A stretch of DNA of 60,166 nucleotides, from NCBI GenBank assembly GCA_031416315.1, contig JANOTL010000095.1, forward strand, positions 1 to 60,166. The letters are read 5' to 3'. The first letter of the stretch is position 1, and the number at the start of each line of letters is the position of its first letter. Below are positions 41,142 to 49,068 of the stretch, one piece after another. The notes under the pieces were generated by a model. That model was not told where the DNA came from and ran no database searches. It saw only the letters and a program-made list of their open reading frames with translations. Position numbers and translations under genes: made by a program. This DNA is from Pseudomonadota bacterium (GTDB taxonomy: Bacteria; Bdellovibrionota_B; Oligoflexia; Oligoflexales; CAIYRB01).

Positions 41142-41417
41142 TGGGAGCTCCCGAAAGGGGTCGAAGCGCGGCGGAGAGTGCACCAAAATGGCACGAGCGG
41201 GAAGGCTTTGAACCGCAAAGCTCTTAATGTATGGAAGAAAATGCGTGCGTCGCGCTGCCAGGGCTCGTCTGGTTCCGGGACTGTCTTCCAGGACCGGAAT
41301 GGGGAGCTACTTCGTCGGCGCCCAACCGGGACCGATCTGCTCGCTCCTGGTTCACTAACATCGCCCCCCCCCCCCAATACAACAATAAATATAATAAGTT
41401 GCGACAGTATGCTGGAT

Positions 41418-41457
41418 TCGATTTACTAAAGTAAATTGATGTACTAAAGTAAATCGA
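41418..41457. promoter_or_regulatory. Tandem palindromic operator upstream of the TA operon
   Basis: ATTTACTAAAGTAAAT (41421-41436) and ATGTACTAAAGTAAAT (41439-41454). Confidence 0.7.
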
Positions 41458-41481
41458 TGGTTGACCGATAAGGGAGCGGAT

Positions 41482-41820
41482 GTGGCCGAAGACTCCAAAT
41501 TCAGAGTCGTCTGCTGGAGCAGCGCGCGGGGTCAGAAGCCGGTTCGAGATTGGATCGCGGAACTCGACGACGTGTCCTTTCGGAAAGTCGACAAGCTGAT
41601 CGGCCTTCTCCGTTCGCTTGGCAGGGACCTTCGCTTGCCCCATTGCCGCTTCCTTGGGGAAGGGCTCTTCGAGCTGAGAGACGTGTCCACCGGACCAGGT
41701 TTTCGCATCTACTACACCTGGCAAGGCGACACGCTTGTTGTTCTCCTAGCAGCCGGCGACAAGGGAACCCAAGACAAGGACATCGAGACGGCACGCCGTC
41801 GGATGCAGGACGAGGATTGA
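41482..41820 (+). CDS. RelE/ParE-superfamily (HigB/Gp49-like) toxin
   Basis: GQKPVRDWI, LGEGLFELR..GPGFRIYY...VVLLAAGDKGTQDKDI. Confidence 0.85.
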   Translation: MAEDSKFRVVCWSSARGQKPVRDWIAELDDVSFRKVDKLIGLLRSLGRDLRLPHCRFLGEGLFELRDVSTGPGFRIYYTWQGDTLVVLLAAGDKGTQDKDIETARRRMQDED

Positions 41821-41821
41821 C

Positions 41822-42148
41822 ATGGCCTTCAGCAAGAAACGTTTGAAGCAGTTCGACGACTATGACGACGTCCGGCGGACGCGCTTGTCCGCTAAGGAGA
41901 TCGCAGCTCGCGATGCTGAGGTCGAGCGCGAAGTCGAAGCTCTCAAGTCCATGCAGGAGACAATTTCGGCCGCGCTTGCGCGGTACATGTCCGACGAGGA
42001 GATTGGAATCAACGAGTTGACGCGGCGGCTCCAGACTAGCTCGCGTCAGACTTCGCGGATTATGAAGGGTGAAGCTAACATCACGCTTGCGACTCTTGCG
42101 GAGGTCGCGGCTTTGATCGGCGTGAAGCCAAAGATCGTTTTCGAGTGA
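41822..42148 (+). CDS. HigA-like XRE HTH antitoxin
   Basis: ELTRRLQTSSRQTSRIMKGEANITLATL; lies directly after the toxin. Confidence 0.8.
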   Translation: MAFSKKRLKQFDDYDDVRRTRLSAKEIAARDAEVEREVEALKSMQETISAALARYMSDEEIGINELTRRLQTSSRQTSRIMKGEANITLATLAEVAALIGVKPKIVFE

Positions 42149-42448
42149 CGGAACGCACGATTCCGGGCCTGTGCTGCGCGCACGTCCGATAATATTTTTC
42201 CGGAAATGATGTCGGCGGTTTAACTGCGCCAAGAACATTGATCGTGTAGCCCACTCGATCCCTATATAGGTAGGAGGCCGGATTTCTGTCCTCGCGCCGA
42301 AGATTGTGGCGCGTCGCGTGCATTCACTCCGATGATTCCCTGCGCCGATGCCGTTTCGTTGCAACTTTGACACGTTTCTAGTGCTCAAGTCTCCACACCT
42401 GTCGTCGTGCGACGACAAGAAAACGTCGGAGGTATCGATAAATCGAAA

Positions 42449-43020
42449 ATGACCACTCGCTGTCTCGTACTGACCGCTCGTGACCGTCAAGTCCTGCTGC
42501 ACATCGCTTCGCTACGTTCGACGAAATCGGCCGTCAGTTCTGGCCGTCTCTTACGAGTCATCTGCATTACCAAAGACTCCGACGCCTAGAGAACGACGGC
42601 CTCCTCAGACCCTTGCTGGGGGACCGCGGACGCAAGCTCGGATACGTCCTATCGCGCAAGGGACGGAGTACCGTCGGCGGCAGCGACTTCCGCGCTGGTT
42701 TCCTTGGCGGCAAGCGCGCTCGCTACCGGACGACCTGCGACCATGACCTCATCGTCCGTGAGGTTCGCGGCATCCTGGAGACCTCGCCGCTAGTGTCCGG
42801 GTTCAAGTCTGAGGACCAGATCCGGTCCGCGCTCGGCCTTCGGGGACGCGCCGCCGCCAAGGCCAAGGTACCGGACGGGTGGTTCGTCCTGAGCGGTCCG
42901 GAGGGCGAACTGAAGGTTGCCCTCCAAGTCGAGATCGCTCAAAAGAGTCGCACCAGGTACGAGGACCTCGTCAGCCGATTGCGCTTCCAGGCAAGCGCCG
43001 ACGCGACCCTGATCCTCTAT
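42449..43020 (+). pseudogene. Replication-relaxation (Replic_Relax)-like protein, frameshifted and truncated
   Basis: LTARDRQVL (frame 1); Y.LSRKG, HDLIV, VPDG, KVALQVEIAQKSRTRY (frame 2). Confidence 0.6.
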
Positions 43021-43290
43021 TCGCAACCCCATCCTGGGGCTCTGCCGAGACTTCTCCAGCAGCCCTTCGACACCCTCTTCTTCGACCGCCTTCTTGATGT
43101 CGTAGAAGTGCTGCCGGCTAACACCAAGTCTGCGACATGCGTCGCTGATATTGCCGAGTGTTGCACCGAGCTCAACGATATTGAGCTTGCGACGAATGAT
43201 ATACTGATCTCGGGTCATGGTTTCCTCGTTTGGTAGATTGGCTTGCCTGGTAACAACCACTCTACCGAGGGAACCTGACCCTTCCTTACA
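43021..43290 (-). mobile_element. IS481-family transposase 5' remnant
   Basis: MTRDQYIIRRKLNIVELGATLGNISDACRRLGVSRQHFY...GVEGLLEKSR from 43218; possible 5'-TGT end at 43290. Confidence 0.75.
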
Positions 43291-43337
43291 CTAGGCAATT
43301 ACTGCTTCGTGTAAACACGACTCGTGACTAGAGCACG

Positions 43338-44552
43338 ATGGCAGTAACGAAGCGAACCCGAAAAACCAAGGGCCGCACGAAGACCATTTTTCATGCAGAG
43401 ATTTACGTACGCGGCGTCCGCATCGCGGACAAGACATTCGAGACGGCAGCATCGGCCCATACGTGGCATGATCAGGAAAAGCGGCGGTGGGAGTCCGGCC
43501 AAATTTCAGTTGGCCCGGACGCCGAGGACATGACCTTTCGCGATTGTCTCAATGGGTATCTTGAAGAGGCGTTCACCCGGCTCAAGAAGTCGTCCCAGCA
43601 GTCGAAGGCGACGCGGCTCGTCTCTCTGAACGAGTCGCCCGTGATGAACGTCAGGATGCGAGATCTCGGCCCGATGGTGATCGACCAGTGGCTCAGTTGG
43701 CTTCATAGGCATCCGACGAAGACGAACCCCGGCCGGAAGACTTTTCTTCTTGAGCTGGAGCTTCTGACGACGATCTTGACCTGGTACCGGAACGAGCGCG
43801 ACCCGATGTTCGTCGTGCCGATCGTCAAACGGCACCGGGAGCGGTGTCACTACAAGCAGGTCCAGGCGCGACGACCGGACTACTTCATCAAGGCCTCGGA
43901 CGTGCAGCGGTGGATCAACTGGCTCCGCCGGCAGCGGCGAAACCCGGTCTACTATCGACTCGCGACGTTCATGGTCTTGACGGGTGCCAGGGTCAGTGAA
44001 GCCTGCGGGCTCTGCTGGGACTCCGTGGAACTTGAAAGCGCGATGGCTCGGATCGTCCGGAGCGTTAGTTGGGACCACTGGACCAGAGAGCCCACGCTGG
44101 AATTCAGCACGAAGACCGAGGAGTCTGTTCGGATCGTGCCGCTCTCGACTGATATCGTCGATCAACTTGCGCTGATGCGGCAGGGTTCGGCTGGCTCCGG
44201 TCCTGTCTTTCAGGACCGAAATGGCGAGCTGCTTCGGTACAACGCGATCCAGTCGGCCTTCAACGCCGGCTTCAAGGCTCTTGGGCTGCCGTGGCGGTCG
44301 ACGCACATTTGTCGGCACACGTTCGGGACCCTGGCTCTCGTCGCGACGCGGGATCTGGGGGCGGTGCAGGCAAGCTTGGGGCACAGAAGTCGGGCGATGA
44401 CGGAACGGTATGCGAAGACTGTCGCGCTGCTGTCGACTGATACGGCTGAGAAGACGGCGCAGCTCATTCGGCTCTCGGCACCGGATCACGTACAGAATCA
44501 CGTTCTGGAGGTTGAGGCTGAAAGCAGGTCGAGAGTAGAGAGTCGAAATTAG
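43338..44552 (+). CDS. Tyrosine recombinase/integrase
   Basis: TGARVSE (R), K, HICRH (HxxR), LGH, ERY (Y); adjacent to the tRNA 3' end. Confidence 0.92.
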   Translation: MAVTKRTRKTKGRTKTIFHAEIYVRGVRIADKTFETAASAHTWHDQEKRRWESGQISVGPDAEDMTFRDCLNGYLEEAFTRLKKSSQQSKATRLVSLNESPVMNVRMRDLGPMVIDQWLSWLHRHPTKTNPGRKTFLLELELLTTILTWYRNERDPMFVVPIVKRHRERCHYKQVQARRPDYFIKASDVQRWINWLRRQRRNPVYYRLATFMVLTGARVSEACGLCWDSVELESAMARIVRSVSWDHWTREPTLEFSTKTEESVRIVPLSTDIVDQLALMRQGSAGSGPVFQDRNGELLRYNAIQSAFNAGFKALGLPWRSTHICRHTFGTLALVATRDLGAVQASLGHRSRAMTERYAKTVALLSTDTAEKTAQLIRLSAPDHVQNHVLEVEAESRSRVESRN

Positions 44553-44580
44553 AGGACTTTTTCCGCTGGCGCGGAAAAAG

Positions 44581-44677
44581 TGGCGGAAGGGGAGGGAATC
44601 GAACCCACCTCAGACGGCATAACCGCCCGACAACGGCTTTGAAGGCCGTGGAGGCCACCAGTGCCCCATCCTCTTCC
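44581..44677 (-). tRNA. selC: tRNA-Sec (anticodon UCA)
   Basis: GGAAGAGGATGGGGCACTGGTGGCCTCCACGGCCTTCAAAGCCGTTGTCGGGCGGTTATGCCGTCTGAGGTGGGTTCGATTCCCTCCCCTTCCGCCA: 97 nt, CTTCAAA loop, long variable arm, G discriminator, next to selB. Confidence 0.93.
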
Positions 44678-44744
44678 TTGCGGCTGCGGATCTCTTGGGC
44701 TTCAGTCTACCTCAGACCAAAAAATGCATCTAGACTCGTAATCT

Positions 44745-46940
44745 ATGCACGTCATCGGTACCGCTGGGCACGTCGACCACGGCAAGACGAGTCTGCTCCG
44801 CGCCCTCACGGGCATGGAGCCGAGCCGGCTGGCGGAGGAGCGGTCGCGTGGGATGACGATGCAGTTGGGGTTCGTCTGGATGACGGGGCCCGAAGGCCGG
44901 CCGATCGGCATCGTCGACGTCCCGGGGCACGCCGACTACCGCCTGCATACGATCACGGGCGCCAGCACGATCGACGCGTTCGTCTTCATCTGCGCGTGCG
45001 ACGACGGGTGGATGCCGCAGAGCGAGGAGCACCTTTGGGCGCTGGCCGCCTACGGCATCACGCACGGCGTCGTCGTTCTCACGAAGACCGACCTCGTCGA
45101 CGCGAAGCGCTTCGCCGAGGTGAAGGCGGAGCTCGAAGTCCGATTCTACGAGGCCCTAGGCCGCGAGGTGCCGATCGTCGGCTTCTCCGCGAAGACCAAC
45201 GCGGGCCTCGAGGATCTGAAACGCGAGCTCTTCCGCGAGCTGGGCGAGCTGCCGGCGGAGAAGGACGTCGGATGCCCGCAGATGTTCGTGGACCGCGTGT
45301 TCACCGTCGCGGGCCAGGGCACGGTCGTAACCGGCACCTTGCGCGACGGGAAGCTGCACGAGCGTCAGATGATCGAGGTCCTGCCCTCTGGGAAAAAGGC
45401 CGAGATCCGCTCGATCCAGTCTTACGGCAAGCAGGTGAAGACGGCGCACCCGAGCGCGCGCGTCGCCCTCCAGCTGGCGAACCTCAGCCTCGCCGACGTC
45501 CCGAAGGACTCCCAGATCGTCGATCCGGCGCAGCTCTTCCTGACGCAGGCCGTCGACCTCCGCCTGCGGCTCTACTTAGACTACGCGATCAACCCCAAGA
45601 AAAATCCGGAAGTGATCCTCGTCCACGGCGGCGTGAAGACCAAGGGCAAGCTGATCGCCATCGCGCCGCTGGAGAACGTCGCCGCGCCCGCGTGGCACGT
45701 GCGTTTGAAGCTCGACGTCTCTCGCTTGATTCGCTTCGACGAGCATTGCCTGGTCGTCAGCTCCGGCGGCGACAAGGTGCTGGGCGCCGGGCGCGTCATC
45801 GACGAGCTGCCGACGACGAGCGTCACCGTCGCCGCGAGTCTCCTGGCGCTGGTGGACCACTTCACCGTCCACGAGTACTTGATGCTGAACCTCTTGAAGG
45901 ACGGGGCCTTCCGCAGCCGCGACCTGATGCGGCGGACGCGCTTCGCCAAGCTGGAGGTGATGCCGGACGGCGTCGAGGTCCTCGACAAATGGATCGTCGA
46001 TCGCCGTCGCGTCGACGAGTGGCTCGACGCGATCCTGGCCCTCGTCGCGAAACATCACACCGTCGTGCCGACGGACGAGGGCATCGCCGAGACCGCCTTA
46101 CAAAAGGCGATGCGCCTCGACGTCGACCTTCTCCGCACCTTGCTGCGCGAGCTGAAGCGGGAGGGCCGGCTGCAGCAGGTCGGCCCTTACCTCAAAATCT
46201 TCGGCTACGTGCCGAAGGCCGACCGAACGATGGAGCTGACGGCGACTTTGGAGACCTTGGCAGCGTCGACGGAGACGGTCGCACCCTCGCTCCTCGACCT
46301 CGAGGTGAACTCCGACGACAAGCGCCGGATCGTGGCGCGCTTCGTCGCCGACGCCAAGCTCGTCCGCCTGGGCCAGGACCACCTCGTCAGCACCCTGGTG
46401 TTCCAGGCGATGACGCGTCGCGTCGTCGAGTACCTCGGCAGCCACGCCGAGGCGACCGCAGCCGACCTCCGCGACGCGCTGAAGCTCGGCCGCAAGCTCG
46501 TGGTCCTCGTCCTGGAGGCGATGGATCACGCGAAGATCACGGAGCGAAAGGGCGAGGGCAGAGTTCTCACCGCCGCGCACCGGGCGGCGCCGGCGCAAGC
46601 CTTCGAGAGCCGAATCCGCGAGATCGCCAATAGCGACGTCCCCGAGCTCCTTTCGCATGCCGACCTGAGCGTCGACACGCCGGAAAAGGCGCAGGTCCTG
46701 ACGAAGCTCGTCGAGGACGGGATCATGGTCCAGCTCGACGAGAAGATGCTGATGACGGCGCCGGCGTTCGCCGCGGTGAGCCAGCGCATCCTCGACGTTT
46801 TCGAGCGCCGCGGACCCCTGGCAGCCGGCGAGGTGCGCGACGAGCTCCAGATCGGGCGCAAGATCGTCGTCTTCGTCATGGAGGCGATGGACCGCCAGGG
46901 CATCACCGTCCGCGACGGCGAGCGGCGCGGCGTCAAATAA
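44745..46940 (+). CDS. selB: Selenocysteine-specific elongation factor with duplicated C-terminal winged-helix module
   Basis: TAGHVDHGKT, EERSRGMT, DVPGH, TKTD, VDRVFTVAGQGTVVTGT; two copies of RD.L..GRK.V...EAMD...IT.R.G..R. Confidence 0.9.
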   Translation: MHVIGTAGHVDHGKTSLLRALTGMEPSRLAEERSRGMTMQLGFVWMTGPEGRPIGIVDVPGHADYRLHTITGASTIDAFVFICACDDGWMPQSEEHLWALAAYGITHGVVVLTKTDLVDAKRFAEVKAELEVRFYEALGREVPIVGFSAKTNAGLEDLKRELFRELGELPAEKDVGCPQMFVDRVFTVAGQGTVVTGTLRDGKLHERQMIEVLPSGKKAEIRSIQSYGKQVKTAHPSARVALQLANLSLADVPKDSQIVDPAQLFLTQAVDLRLRLYLDYAINPKKNPEVILVHGGVKTKGKLIAIAPLENVAAPAWHVRLKLDVSRLIRFDEHCLVVSSGGDKVLGAGRVIDELPTTSVTVAASLLALVDHFTVHEYLMLNLLKDGAFRSRDLMRRTRFAKLEVMPDGVEVLDKWIVDRRRVDEWLDAILALVAKHHTVVPTDEGIAETALQKAMRLDVDLLRTLLRELKREGRLQQVGPYLKIFGYVPKADRTMELTATLETLAASTETVAPSLLDLEVNSDDKRRIVARFVADAKLVRLGQDHLVSTLVFQAMTRRVVEYLGSHAEATAADLRDALKLGRKLVVLVLEAMDHAKITERKGEGRVLTAAHRAAPAQAFESRIREIANSDVPELLSHADLSVDTPEKAQVLTKLVEDGIMVQLDEKMLMTAPAFAAVSQRILDVFERRGPLAAGEVRDELQIGRKIVVFVMEAMDRQGITVRDGERRGVK

Positions 46941-46960
46941 AGACGTCGAGACGTGGAATA

Positions 46961-46998
46961 GAAAAAGGGTGGTCCATTAGACCACCCTTTTCTTTTTG
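46961..46998. terminator. Bidirectional intrinsic terminator
   Basis: AAAAGGGTGGTC-CATTA-GACCACCCTTTT hairpin with A/T tracts on both sides, between convergent genes. Confidence 0.85.
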
Positions 46999-47087
46999 CC
47001 CTGCGCGACGCGCAAGGTACGGCACAGTCGGTTTGCGAGTTCGGAAGCTAAGTCACGCTTCGTCTATCCGTCTCGTTTGAGTGGCGC

Positions 47088-48755
47088 TTAACCTCAATAA
47101 CTTCCGGCTCAAGCGCTTCCAGGTCCTCAAACACCGCCTGCGAATCAGGATCCCTGATTAGGGGATCACATGCTGTTGCCAGGGCCTCAAACACCGTTAC
47201 TGTTGATGGTGCCCTGCTCTGCCGCCTGCTGCTGCTGTTGTTGCTTCTGCTGCTGCTGCGAAGGTTGCACCTTCTGCGGAGCTTTAGGAGCGTTCTTGAT
47301 CATGTTGGCGAGCATGGCAAAGATACTGCCACCCGCTGCTGCCATTGCCGGAGCCGCCGCGACCGAGCCGGCTGCGCGCGTCGCCGGCGCCTGGGCTTGC
47401 GACTGTGCTGCTGTGCTCAAGAAATCCCCGAACAAGTTGTCTTCGGCCAGGCCGAGACCTTCCTTGCTCTTGAGATACTTCTTCAGCGGGCTCTGCTGCG
47501 CGATCGTCGTTGTGAGCGCGCGAATCTCTTGCTCGGTCGCTGCCACCATGCCGTACGTCCGCGGAAAGAAATCCTGGACGATCGCCAGAGTGTTCTGCGC
47601 CGAACGCAAGAACTCGTCACGATCTGCTTCGCCTGCCTTGACGCGGGCTACGACGTCTTTCGACGGATAGTCGCCCCAAGGATGGCACTTCATGCTGTCG
47701 AAGAACTCCGCGAAGACGTAGTCGTTGAACCGAACCCTACGCACGATCTTTTGCTCGAGCGTCGGGGGTTGCGTCTCGCCTTTCTGCATGTAGGACACGC
47801 CTGCGAGCAGGTCCTCGTCCCTGAACTTCGGGTCCCCCGGCGGGACGCCTTCGAAGTTCTCTGCGATCGCCTTGGAGACGTCGCCGCGCTTCTTCAGCTT
47901 CTCGTAGTTCTTGCGGATCTGATCGGCGGCACCCGCGCCCAGCCAGGTCTCCATGGTCTTGAGATCGAAGATTTTACTCTCGATCATGTCGACCAGGAAG
48001 TTCTGCGCGACTTGGATCTTCAAGTTGGCGATCTTGAAGTTCTCGTCGTCGCCGAGCGTGAGGACGTGACCCTTGGCCTTCTCTGCTTCCGGAGCTTCGT
48101 TCATGCGAGCGAAGAGCTGGGCGAACAGGAAGCCGAACGAGCGCACCATGGCATGCCGAATCTCGATTGCGTCCGGTACGACGTTGATTCGCATGATCGA
48201 GCCGCCCTTCGGGGAGCCGTCCTCGTTGACGGTGTCCTTGCGGGTGAGCTTCAGATCGGCCAGCTCGGCATCCGTCAGCTTGTCCAAGCGGAGGAATTGG
48301 AAGCACGCCGTGATGTACTGAATCTCTTGCTCGGTCGATTTCTGCTTGTCGTCCTCGCGGAATTTCCGCGCGCAACGATCTTTGGTCTTGGGAGTCACGT
48401 CGATGAACCCGCCCAAGGACATGTATGCGACCTGCATCTCCGGCGATATCGCCGTGAGCGCTTCGCGCACCTCCGCTTTCAACTTATCCCTCGTCTCCGA
48501 CCCTTCGATGCTCGGATCGATCTTGATGCGATCGTCCGTTGCCGAGAACATCGGCTCGCTAAATTCGGGGCTCTGCTTGACCTCGGGGCTCGCCGAACAG
48601 CTGTTCGTGCGCACCTTGGTTCCAGCAGCGAAGTTATCGAGCGTCTTGACCTCGCTTTTTTGCGCCCCTGCGGGCGGCTTGCATCCAAAGATCGTGGCGA
48701 GCGGCATACATAACAACAAAGCAGTCATGCTTCGTTGTCGCCACGTCCACGACAT
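47088..48755 (-). CDS. Lipoprotein with putative six-selenocysteine C-terminal tail (ends at 47187 if TGA is read as stop)
   Basis: Lipobox IFGC-KPPAGAQKSEVK; Ala/Gln-rich linker; in-frame TGA at 47189, 47168, 47147, 47129, 47111, 47096, then TAA at 47090-47088. Confidence 0.75.
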
Positions 48756-49068
48756 ACGTTTCGTCCTCCTCTCGCTGAATGTTGGGGATATCAGGGATCT
48801 ATAACGATTCTGACATATCCGTATCGGCGTAGGCGGTCGAAACCTTAAGTCGGAAAATTGTCGCAATCCTCGCGATATCAAGGGTGATTTCGTGGTGTTT
48901 GGCCAAAAACTCAAGAAGGCCGCCACGGCGGCCGGGCGCGGCTGCGCTCACTCCGTCGCGTTTGCCGCGACCTTTTCCGTGGATTTCAACATGGCCCGGA
49001 TCCGCTCGATGTGGACCTCGGCCTCCTCCGCACGTGCCCCCGCGCTCGGCGAAAAGCCTCTGGAGTTC

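Larger units (their letters stand above)
39926..44603. mobile_element. Integrative element at selC (proximal island, about 4.7 kb)
   Basis: Direct repeats of the tRNA 3' end, adjacent tyrosine integrase, arm-type repeats at both ends, TA module, relaxase remnant. Confidence 0.85.

Noticed and set aside
47088..47189. Alternative genetic code (UGA = Trp/Gly) as the explanation of the TGA-rich tail
   Set aside because: Many well-conserved genes in the window (ADH, antitoxin, Fe-binding protein, transposase) end correctly at TGA and use TGG for Trp, so UGA is a normal stop genome-wide.
47170..47670. Plus-strand ORF with poly-Cys (CCCCCFCCCC)
   Set aside because: Antisense shadow of the CAG/CAA poly-Gln linker of the minus-strand lipoprotein.
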